From assembly GCF_006345805.1 (NCBI RefSeq), contig NW_021833162.1, forward strand, positions 1 to 29,265: DNA of 29,265 nucleotides. The letters are read 5' to 3'. Position numbers and translations under genes: made by a program. Source of the DNA: Octopus sinensis (taxonomy: Eukaryota). Of this stretch, positions 12,411 through 21,668 are shown in pieces (within the stretch, counting starts at the first letter, position 1; every line of letters begins with the position of its first letter). The notes under the pieces are model-generated. The model did no database searches. It was given only the letters and a program-made list of their open reading frames with translations, and had not been told where the DNA came from.

Positions 12411-12863
12411 CTAAAAAACGAGAAGAAAAGGAAATCCGAAGAAAGTCACAGTGAAAAAAGGAGAGAGTCAAATAAAGTTAAAAAGAAAGTCAATAACACA
12501 GCAAAAACCTTCTGGCCATTTGGTACTCCCGGCCTAAATTGAACCAGGAACGCACAACTTCCACAAAAATTGGTGTAAAATTGGTAAAACTTGTTCAAAC
12601 TTCGGAGGTAAAATACTCCCCTATATAGCAGTTTTCACAAAAAGTTCTTTACAGCACAACACAATTCTCACAATTACGTGAAAAAAATATTCACTCAATT
12701 TATCGAAGACGGATACGCCCCTCCACTGTTTTTTTTTCAATAAACACAAAAACGGCAGCCGCCGAGAGCAGGCGAAATTTTCTCAGAGTTGGACACAACT
12801 TACTGAAATAATAATTGGCACGCAATAAATTATGCCCAACTCACAATAAACAAAATCACTTAC
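12411..12863 (-). other. Putative spliceosomal intron (453 nt) in the 5' UTR of the ORF1 element
   Basis: Donor GAG|GTAAGT (plus-strand ACTTAC 12858-12863) and a second GTAAGT at 12798-12803. Acceptor is a roughly 60-nt polypyrimidine tract ending TTTTTTAG at 12412-12411, 55 nt upstream of the ATG at 12356. Confidence 0.55.
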
Positions 12864-12968
12864 CTCGACAACTTTCCGTTTTTGGTCTTTTTTCTTTAAT
12901 TGGACGGAGCTGGTTGACTCGCGTCCACTCTGGCTCAACAGGAAGCAACTGACTAACTGCGCATGTGT

Positions 12969-13006
12969 GTTAGCAAGCTACTTACCACACAGCCACTCCT
13001 GCGCCT
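12969..13006 (-). mobile_element. SINE family A 5' head (A-box) displaced by the insertion
   Basis: AGGCGCAGGAGTGGCTGTGTGGTAAGTAGCTTGCT matches the head of the copy at 15514 with one mismatch. Confidence 0.9.
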
Positions 13007-13400
13007 ATAAAATTAATGCGAGCTCACCAGGAGTTGTATATATATATGCATATACACTTTACGTATAAAAATATATATTCACACATGCACACATACACTC
13101 TCTCGCGCGCACGCACACACACACGCAAACGCATTATTGAAATTGCAGCCTGGTCTGATTTTCACGTGTTATTTATAATTTTGCAATTTTACTATATCAT
13201 AATAATAGATTATTATGTATTTAGTGTGATAAAACTAGTACTTTCATGTGTATTCAATCATCAGTGCTGACAGTCGTGTTCCACAAATGACAACTGTAGT
13301 GAAATGATTAAATGTCTCCTTAAAAAACCTTCTGATGAGCTCCAGCAGGCTAAATCTTACGAATTGTATTGTGGTATTCTATTCTGTTACAAATTTCACT

Positions 13401-13753
13401 CACTTGACTGCTGCCATTCTGCAGCACCGCCTTAAAGGTTTTTTTCTTAATTGAAGAAATCGATCCCTGCATTTATTCTTTGTAAGCCTAGCACTTACTC
13501 TATCGGATTATTCTCCCGAGCCGGTAAGTTACGGGGACATAAACACACCCCCATCGATTGCCAAGCAAGCAATGGTGGTGGTAGTGGGGAAAACACAGAT
13601 ACAAAGACACACACACACACATATATATATATATACGACGGGCTTCTTTCAGTTTCCGTCTATCAAATCCACTCACTAGGCTTTGGTCGGCCTGAGGTTA
13701 TAGTAGAAGACCTATAACCATGTGGTTAAAAAGCAAGCTTCTTACCACACAGC
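13401..13753 (-). mobile_element. SINE family A with internal deletion of the B-box/CORE-like segment
   Basis: Tail and body match family A. The sequence jumps from ...AGAAGAC to CCATGTGGTT near 13710-13718. Confidence 0.85.
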
Positions 13754-13779
13754 AGCGCATTTATATGTATATTCACATA

Positions 13780-13812
<33 letters not shown>

Positions 13813-13861
13813 GTGTGTGTGTGTGTTGTGTGTGTGTGTGTGTGTGTATACATATCTATAT

Positions 13862-14287
13862 ACGTGCAAAGTTAAGCTGCTGTGCATAGTCACATCATTT
13901 CAACTGTTGCCCAACGTCCAATTTGTACGGGTGGAAATGCAGGCATTCATGCAAAATACGCCTTACTGATTGATTACTAATGTCACGTTCAGTAGAATGC
14001 CTCCGAGCAGAGCAATTCGGACTCCGTATCAAAAGTTTTCAGACGGGTTTCACATTTTCCAGGGTGCTTACCTTTCGTGGCGTTCCCACCGATCTCCTGT
14101 TCATTATTGTACCCCGTGTACAAAGTGCATTCAACCAACGCAAGACTGTGTAACGTGTGGGAACAACCTAATTTCGGTGAATGTTAAAGTGGCGCCAAAA
14201 CTCACGCTGAACCGCTGTGACAGACTCGTCATTCTTCACGTAACTGTCGTAGGTAATCACGCGACTCTCTATCGTCCACAGGGCCAT
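13862..14287 (-). pseudogene. Transposase N-terminal HTH region (DUF4817-like), 142 codons, 3 in-frame stops
   Basis: Manual translation: MALWTIESRVITYDSYVKNDESVTAVQREFWRHFNIHRN*VVPTRYTVLRWLNALCTRGTIMNRRSVGTPRKVSTLENVKPV*KLLIRSPNCSARRHSTERDISNQSVRRILHECLHFHPYKLDVGQQLK*CDYAQQLNFAR. QRxFxRHF, SPxxSARRH and SVRRILHxxLHFHPYK are hallmark motifs of this transposase group. Confidence 0.85.
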
Positions 14288-14403
14288 GGCTTCACCTAAA
14301 CAGAAAAAGAAAATGCTGAATGGTACCTGTCGGACATATGTCCCTTCTCTGGAGCTGAGTAATAGCTATTTCAAAAAACGTGGATTTTCTCTGCCCCACC
14401 CTG
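13862..14403 (-). mobile_element. Tc1/mariner-superfamily DNA transposon, 5' fragment
   Basis: Left end TA|CAGGGTG (TA at 14404-14405) followed by a transposase N-terminus. It is truncated at the (TA/TG)n tract near 13860. Confidence 0.8.
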
Positions 14404-14486
14404 TACCACAGAAACTCCTCTATCTAGAATCAGTTAAGTGTTATAGTAATTCTACGAACGATGTGAATCCTACTTATGAGTATGTG

Positions 14487-14875
14487 GATGGAAGCACTCC
14501 GTCGGTTACGACGATGAGGGTTCCGGTTGATCCGAATCAATGGGACAGCCTGCTCGTGAAATTAACGTGTAAGTGGCTGAGCACTCCACAGACACGTGTA
14601 CCCTTAACGTAGTTCTCGGGGAATATTCAGCGTGACACAGAGAGTGACAAGGCCGGCCCTTTGAAATACAGATACAACAGAAACAGGAAGTAAGAGTGAG
14701 AGAAAGTTGTGGTGAAAGAGTACAGCAGGGATCATCACCATCCCCCTGCCGGAGTCTCGTGGAGCTTTTTAGGTGTTTTCGCTCAATAAACACTCACAAC
14801 GCCCGGTCTGGGAATCGACCCCGCGATCCTATGACCGCGAGTCCGCTGCCCTAACCACTGGGCCATTGCGCCTCC
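14487..14875 (-). mobile_element. tRNA(Arg)-like SINE family C, full length with TSD
   Basis: Head GGAGGCGCAATGGCCCAGTGGTTAGGGCAGCGGACTCGCGGTC...GGGTCGATTCCC contains A and B boxes. Perfect 15-bp TSD ACTTATGAGTATGTG at 14472-14486 and 14876-14890. Confidence 0.9.
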
Positions 14876-15213
14876 ACTTATGAGTATGTGCAAACACTAT
14901 AAACAATGAACGCAGTTCAACTTTATGAAACTGAAGGACGAGTCAGGCAATGAGTCACCTAGACACAGAAGATACACAGACAACAAGTCTATTAAACATA
15001 CATTTCCATCATCATCAGTCGAATGGTTATCACTTTATATACTTATGCATATTCTACTCATATATATGACAATGACTAATGATATATCCGTGTGTATGTG
15101 TGTGTGTCTAAGTACACAAGCGGTAACACTTGGTAACTAAAATCACCTTATATTACGTAATCTAGGGTGTGTGTATATATATATATATGTGTGAGTGTGT
15201 GTGTGTATGCACC

Positions 15214-15444
15214 TATTTCTTTATTACCCACAAGGGGCTAAACATAGAGGGGACAAACAAGGACAGACATAGGTATTAAGTCAATTACATCGACCCCAGT
15301 GCGTAACTGGTACTTAATTTATCGACCCCGAACGGATGAAAGGCAAAGTCAACCTCGGCGGAATTTGAACTCACAACGTAACGCAGACGAAATACCGCTA
15401 AGCATTTCGCCCGGCGTGCTAACGTTTCTGCCAGCTCGCCGCCT
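15214..15444 (-). mobile_element. SINE family B, full length
   Basis: GGCGGCGAGCTGGCAGAAACGTTAGC...GAGTTCAAATTCC...CCTTTCATCC...GGGGTCGAT (the latter resembles the Meta-SINE domain, from memory). Flanked by a 16-bp repeat TGTGTGTGTATG(C/T)ACC at 15198-15213 and 15448-15463. Confidence 0.88.
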
Positions 15445-15513
15445 AAATGTGTGTGTATGTACCGTCTTCCTCCTTGACGATGCGAAGGATTTATTTTAAA
15501 ATGACTTCTTAAT

Positions 15514-15674
15514 AGGCGCAGGAGTGGCTGTGTGGAAAGTAGCTTGCTTACCAACCACATGGTTCCGGGGTCAGTCCCACTGCGTGGCACCTTGGGCAAG
15601 TGTCTTCTACTGTAGCCTCGGGCCGACCAAAGGCTTGTGAGTAGATTTGGTAGACGGAAACTGAAAGAAGCCCG
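15514..15674 (+). mobile_element. SINE family A, 5' half, young
   Basis: Intact A-box/B-box head and CCTTGGGCAAGT; ends at AAGAAGCCCG. Confidence 0.9.
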
Positions 15675-15731
15675 GTCCGGAATTCGAACTCACAACCTCA
15701 CGGTTGTAACCTCGACGCTCTAACCGTTACC
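15669..15731 (-). mobile_element. tRNA-like SINE head (family E) fused tail-to-tail with the family A half
   Basis: Minus strand reads GGTAACGGTTAGAGCGTCGAGGTTACAACCGTGAGGTTGTGAGTTCGAATTCCGGACCGGG, with A and B boxes but no acceptor stem. Confidence 0.65.
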
Positions 15732-15923
15732 CAATTCTGGACTAGAACCTAATATAGACAAGAAAAGAACGCTAGATATACAACGTGTGTGGCTTACGAC
15801 TATATCTCTCAACGAAATATTTCTTCAATGTCTATCGAATAACATAGAGCGGTATAAAATATTATGGATGTTCGAGTCGAAATATTTGTTTGTAATTTTG
15901 GCACAAGACCATGAATTCTGTTG

Positions 15924-16097
15924 GAGGGGTTAAGTCGATTACCTTGACCACAGTGCTCAACTGGTACTTAATTTATCGACCAACTAAATGATGAAAGACA
16001 GAGTCGACCTTCGTGGCATTTGAACTTAGAACGCGAATACGAACGAAAGACCGCTAAGTACTTTGCCCGTTGTGCTAACGACTCTGCCAGCCAGCCC
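15924..16097 (-). mobile_element. SINE family B, diverged
   Basis: Aligns with 15270-15440. Confidence 0.8.
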
Positions 16098-16427
16098 CAC
16101 CCCTCGTACGAAACGTAATATCAAATATCAGAATTACTTACAAATTAATGTCTACATAACATTACAAGCCTTTTCAAATCACCTAAGCATACACTTTAAT
16201 GCAGAAAACAAACTGAAGTGAAAATATTCGTACAATTATTCGCACAATTATGATCCTCCACTACAACTTGGTTTAAAAGCCATTTTCAATGGCACTTACG
16301 GACATTAGAACAGCCTCATAATTCAGGGTCTTTGCATCATTCATTTATTACCATAAACGGTCGTTTCTTTTTTTTTACTATATGTTGTATATTGCAGCTA
16401 CAAGACTCATCAGTTACTCTATGAAAT

Positions 16428-16502
16428 TCCGCTGATGAAGGGTTCATGTTTATGTAGACTTCTTTCAATCTACTGACTGCTGGAAACACGATCGTGTCTG
16501 GA
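16428..16502 (+). ncRNA. Candidate type I hammerhead ribozyme (Penelope/retrozyme-like)
   Basis: CUGAUGA 16432-16438, GAAA 16483-16486, palindromic stem III ACACGATCGTGT 16486-16497 and GUC cleavage triplet 16496-16498. Stem I is TCCG/TGGA (4 bp including G-U). Stem II is long and imperfect. Confidence 0.45.
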
Positions 16503-16736
16503 CACCTTACAAAATATATTGTGTAACTTCACATTATATTCAAGAATCTTTTGGTGTTAGATGAAGTTATATATATCATTGTGTTATGCTACTAAATAAG
16601 ATATCTTCGATTTTACAGGGTCCTCTTGTTAATCGCTTTGTACAAAGGAAATATTTTCGTTGTAATTGCGATATATGTGTAAAAGTACAAATCATAAATG
16701 TTATGCATATATGCATACACACACACACACACACAC

Positions 16737-16808
<72 letters not shown>

Positions 16809-16811
<3 letters not shown>

Positions 16812-17291
16812 TATATATATAGATACACGCTGACACACACAAATACACATAAACTGTATACGTAAATATATATGTGTATGTATGTGTTTGTGTGTGTGCA
16901 TACATTGGAAACCTGTAGTTTCTAAGTGGAAAGTTGAACTACCGAATGATTCATCAGCGTTTTCTAACCATATGTGTGTATATATGTGTGCATATATTAT
17001 ATTTCATATACATATACATATACATACATACATACATAATATATATATATATATATATATATCATATATATATAGATACACGCTGACACACACAAATACA
17101 CATAAACTGTATACGTAAATATATATGTGTATGTATGTGTTTGTGTGTGTGCATACATTGGAAACCTGTAGTTTCTAAGTGGAAAGTTGAACTACCGAAT
17201 GATTCATCAGCGTTTTCTAACCATATGTGTGTATATATGTGTGCATATATTATATTTCATATACATATACATATACATACATACATACATA
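16809..17291. repeat. Tandem duplication, period 253 bp
   Basis: AGATACACGCTGAC at 16821 and 17074. The unique core (CATTGGAAACCTGTAG...TTTTCTAACC) is identical in both copies and the boundaries lie in (TA)n. Confidence 0.95.
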
Positions 17292-17934
17292 TATATATAT
17301 ATATATTTATAATGTATATATATACATATAGTCACACACATATACATACATACATATATATATAAGTATATAAGAATATATACATATATTTATGTATACA
17401 TATATAGATATAGGATTGTAGTATACCCACGCATGTGCGTATGAATACACATATGTTTATTTATGCGCATATGCAATATGTGTATCTTATGTCTGTGTGT
17501 GTGTGTTACTGTTTCTGCATATTTCGTTCCTGCATACTTCGTTTTAATATGGAAGAGTAATAGCTTGCATTAAAATCAGATATGCTATTGTCTTCAATAT
17601 TTTTGTACTTCCATCTTCCACCAGCTTTCTCCTTGCGTTAATGCAGATTTTTCTAAGCTCGCTCTACTTTGTACTGAATGGAGCTTAATGGACGCTCTTA
17701 AGAACATGCGCTTATCAACAGACAAGAGGAAACAGCAGCGACTCGAACGCTCAAAACCAATATCCGGTTTTGGAAAGGTCCTGAAATTGGTGACACTCTT
17801 GTGGTATCTTCGTTTTAGACTTTGCTAATCTTTCTGTTATTTTGTCTTTCTCTCATATCTTTTTTTCAACCGCATCAATTTTTTTTCACGTCATTTTAGC
17901 CGCTCCCCATCGCTTCATTCTAATAATAACATCA

Positions 17935-17969
17935 GCAACAACAGCAATAATAATAATAATAATGATAGC

Positions 17970-18021
<52 letters not shown>

Positions 18022-18252
18022 TAATAATAATAATAATGATAATAATAATAGCAATAATAATAATAATAATAATAATAAAAATAATGATGCAATTTTGTCT
18101 GTTATTTTTGAGGGTGTACTTGATATTATTATTATTAACATCATCTTCATCACCATCATCATGATCGTCACGATCATCATCACCATCGTCATGATCGTCA
18201 TGATGATCATCATCATAACATGATCATCGTCATTGCCATTCTTGTCGTTATG

Positions 18253-18303
<51 letters not shown>

Positions 18304-18312
18304 TTTTATCTT

Positions 18313-18375
<63 letters not shown>

Positions 18376-18456
18376 AATTTATTATTATTATCATCATCAT
18401 TATTATTATTGATATTATTATTGTTATTATTATTATTACTATTATTATTATTATTA

Positions 18457-18518
<62 letters not shown>

Positions 18519-19330
18519 ATTATTATTTTTATTATTATCATTATTATTATTATTATTATTATTATGATTATGATTATTATTAAATTTAATATCTCCATGC
18601 ATTTGTATAAAAATATTTTCGTCCCGAATAAACTGTGCTGCATACGTAGTGACCACGTCACAAAAGGAAAATGGAATAAATCGTCATCTACATCATCTAG
18701 ATACAATCATCATCATCAAGGACCTCCTCCACCCCTCCACTTTGTCGAAATCACTTCACCCACTATTCCCATCATCTCCTTCACCATCACCTGCATCAAC
18801 TCCTTCTCACCCCTCACTGTTCCTCCACTTCGTCGTCGTTGTCGTCGTCGTCGTCATCATCATCATCATCATCATCGCCATCATCCTCATCACTATCGTC
18901 ATCGTCATCGTAATCATCATCATGTCATCGTCATCACCATCATCATCGTCATTGTTTTCATCATCATTATCATCGTCATCATCATTTATCATCATCATTG
19001 TTATCGTCGTCATCATCATCATCAAGATCATGATATTTATCATTATCATCTTCATCATCATCGACATTGCCATCGTCACCTTCACCATCTTCAACATCAT
19101 CATCGTCGTCGTCATCATCATCTTCGACATCGTTATTATCAACCTCATCATCATCACTATCATTATCATTATCATCATCATTATCGTCATTGTCGACATC
19201 ATCATCATCATCAACATTACCAAAATAATAATAATAATGATGATGATGATGATGATGATGATAATAATAATAATAATCCTTGTCTTCATCATCGTCATCG
19301 ACAGCCAACCCTCACCATAAATGCCGTTAC

Positions 19331-19384
<54 letters not shown>

Positions 19385-19390
19385 TGTTGT
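17935..19390. repeat. Compound trinucleotide microsatellite field (TAA/ATT/CAT/CGT/CAC/TGA)
   Basis: Directly visible; it generates the poly-I/L/N/H/D/M ORFs. Confidence 0.97.
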
Positions 19391-19718
19391 TACTAGTTTC
19401 AGTTTTATCCGAAGCATGCCTGTTTCAGTTCCATCCCCCATCAATTACCAATCTGTGTTCGTGTAGTGGGTGAAGCATTGTGGTTTTGTTTTGCTTCATC
19501 AGTCCCGCTTTGTTCTAAATGTTCTGATACTTCTTAGCTTCCATAGAAAGAAGCAGTTGCAACGCTACAATAAAACCTTACAATGTGAGATGTCTTTGAC
19601 ATATTGGCTAATATTTGTTTTTCGTATGTTTTCTGTTCGTCGCGGATAAAACGTTTGATTGAATTCAATGAGGAGGCTCCAGCTTCGGAGTTGAACATTT
19701 GCATGCGTGAAGTGTTAC

Positions 19719-19948
19719 CACTATTTCCAAGTTCGTTGAGTTGACTCCATGTACTAGTACCTCTCTAAGGGATCCATTTTTTTTGAAAGAGCAGATGTTT
19801 ACATCGCTATGATTTGTATGAGTTGAAGATTCGTATGAGTTAAGTATTATCACTGTTTTCAAGTACGTTGGGTTGACTCCATGTACTAAAACATCTCTAA
19901 GGGATCTATTTTATTTCAAAGAGCAGAAGATGTTTGTATAGCTAAGAT
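19719..19948. repeat. Degenerate direct repeat, period 132 bp
   Basis: CACT..TT.CAAGT.CGTTG.GTTGACTCCATGTACTA...CTCTAAGGGATC.ATTTT..T.AAAGAGCAGA starting at 19719 and 19851. Confidence 0.85.
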
Positions 19949-20592
19949 CGACAATACTCAGAGAAGGAGCGGCCTCTGGACAGGTGTAACGAAGAACTAA
20001 CACTATGTGTGTACATCCAAGTTTCTCGAAAAGTAGTTTTGCTGCGTAAGGCTTCGATAGGACTGATCGTTCTATCGTCACAAGAGTAAGCCCAGGGAGT
20101 TTAAGACTGGTAAAGTAAACAACAGATAAACCATTAAAAGGCCATGAGAAAATCATTGCTAGCTATTTCACAAGAAGAAGCACAAATTTTTAGATTTTGG
20201 TATAAAGGCTCTTGATCGTTGACGTCACTAGGCATGTTGTCAAAGATACAGATGTTTGCTCGTCTGTCTTTTATTGATTGGCATGTGTATATCTTATGTG
20301 ACGTGTGTGATATATTATAATATGTAAAATTTATTATGCGTTTAATAATAAACGAGCGGTGATGAATCTCTTGGTTATGTATTTCGTAAGTTGTGTGATA
20401 TTGTCGAGTGTGATTTGTGATGTGTTTTTGGTGCGAGGGTCTGCCTTCGCAGTCCTTGAAAGCTCAACTACTTATCGGAGTCATAGAGGTACCCGTCTTG
20501 AGTAGATTTAATATTTGCAGTGCCCATACGTCACTAGGTCCGACAACAGCCGATTATACCCTGAACAGGGACAGAGACAGATTCATTGACAA

Positions 20593-20680
20593 AAGTATCT
20601 TATTTATTGAGCCGTAAAAAAGGACAAGTATTTTGTTTATTGAACCCTAGAGAACCCTAAGTATTTTATTTATTGAACAC
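20593..20680. repeat. 33-bp-period minisatellite, 3 copies
   Basis: AAGTATYTTRTTTATTGARC at 20593, 20626 and 20659. Confidence 0.8.
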
Positions 20681-21524
20681 TAAATAACAAAAAAAGGTAT
20701 GTTTATTTTCTGTGCGTTTTGTACTTGGAGCGCAGAGTGACAGGACGACGAATATATGCACACATATTTTCTGTTTCTACAGCATATCCCTTTCTAATCT
20801 TATAGGCATTTTGCCAGTGTTCTTACCAAAAAACCTGTGGATGATTAGGACAATGTACATGACGAGTGAGATAATAGACAGACTATATTTATCTTAATGT
20901 ATTTAGCTATATCTTAGGTCATTTGAAGTTGTGCTGTTATTCGGTATTCGGAGATGTTTAATTACAGACATTCCCAGTGATTGATTGAAAATATTCTCCG
21001 ATGTAAAAGTAGGGAGATCGATGTGTCCTCATTCAACTTTGTACTCTGATGACAAACAAAATACAAAGCAAAGATTCACCGTCGTTCGTTTAAAATTCTT
21101 TGTAGTATTGTAAGATCTATATGTAATAGGTGTCCATTCCATTGACATCGCATCGCAAGGGAGACGATCTTCTTTGTAAAAGTTATATTTCCGAAAGTGA
21201 ATTGAAAGAAACAGGAATATACATTTATGCATATATTCACGTTATATATGTTATAAAAATATAAACACACACACACACACACATACACACATGCGCGCGC
21301 ACACACGCACACACACACACAAATATATATATATGTATACAAAGATATAATACTAGATAAATTGACATGCATACGTACACACACATATATGTATATATGT
21401 ATATATGATTTACTGACGAAATACATATATATATATATATGCTGCCGATATATATAATTCATACTGACATACAGACACACTTATACATGCACACACACAG
21501 ACGCAGATAAGTGTATAAATGTAT

Positions 21525-21650
21525 ACCACCGTGATCACCGTGATCGACCAGGCTATCAGATATTACTACACATCGCTGGTCACAATGGGCTTCATATTGT
21601 TTTAGCCTTCAAATGACACCCCCCCACCCCGCTGGCTAAGCGAGCAGGTC
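21525..21650 (-). mobile_element. Probable 3' tail fragment of a SINE-C-related subfamily
   Basis: CCACCGTGATCACCGTGATCGACCAGGCTATCAG...CTGGCTAAGCGAGCAGG is recognised from memory as an octopus interspersed repeat. It is single-copy in this window, so it cannot be confirmed internally. Confidence 0.4.
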
Positions 21651-21668
21651 AATATATATATATATATA

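Larger units (their letters stand above)
10806..12968 (-). mobile_element. Non-autonomous non-LTR (L1/Tx1-like) retroelement, ORF1-only, nested in a SINE
   Basis: Perfect 15-bp direct repeat GTTAGCAAGCTACTT at 10791-10805 and 12969-12983. The host SINE resumes exactly on both sides (head 12984-13006, body 10417-10790). The insert contains a gag/ORF1-like frame with a CCHC knuckle. No terminal direct or inverted repeats and no RT motifs were found. Confidence 0.85.

Noticed and set aside
10806-12968. Interpretation as an LTR retrotransposon/retrovirus gag or as a host processed pseudogene
   Set aside because: No LTRs, no TG...CA ends and no PBS/PPT. The 15-bp TSD is too long for integrase (4-6 bp). 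The protein is TE ORF1-like, and there is no poly(A).
13231-13360. Hammerhead-like motifs: minus CTGATGA-TTGAATACACAT-GAAAGTACTA (13231-13264) and plus CTGATGAGCTCC...GGCTAAA (13332)
   Set aside because: The first lacks any stem I pairing, and the second lacks GAAA and stem III. At most these are decayed remnants.
13970-14793. ORFs 13970-14299, 14286-14612 and 14506-14793
   Set aside because: Antisense to the transposase fossil or running through SINE C; no protein features.
14800-15731. tRNA genes at 14800-14875, 15514-15590 and 15669-15731
   Set aside because: A/B boxes are present but there is no acceptor-stem pairing, and each continues into a SINE body; these are SINE heads.
16905-16965. 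GTTTC...TCATCAG (minus-strand hammerhead-like order) inside the 253-bp duplication; similar partial motifs at 9076-9100 and 23380-23410
   Set aside because: Stems I and II cannot be formed, or core bases are missing.
18564-19466. 300-aa and overlapping 223/163/108-aa ORFs (poly-His/Arg/Ile/Asp/Met)
   Set aside because: They are open only because CAT/CGT/CAC repeats lack stops. There is no domain, no splice context, and both strands are open.
20220-20227. Perfect CRE palindrome TGACGTCA
   Set aside because: A single 8-mer in 29 kb is compatible with chance, with no supporting promoter context.
20593-20680. CRISPR-like repeat-spacer array
   Set aside because: Eukaryotic context, spacers only about 13 nt, non-palindromic degenerate repeats, and no cas genes.
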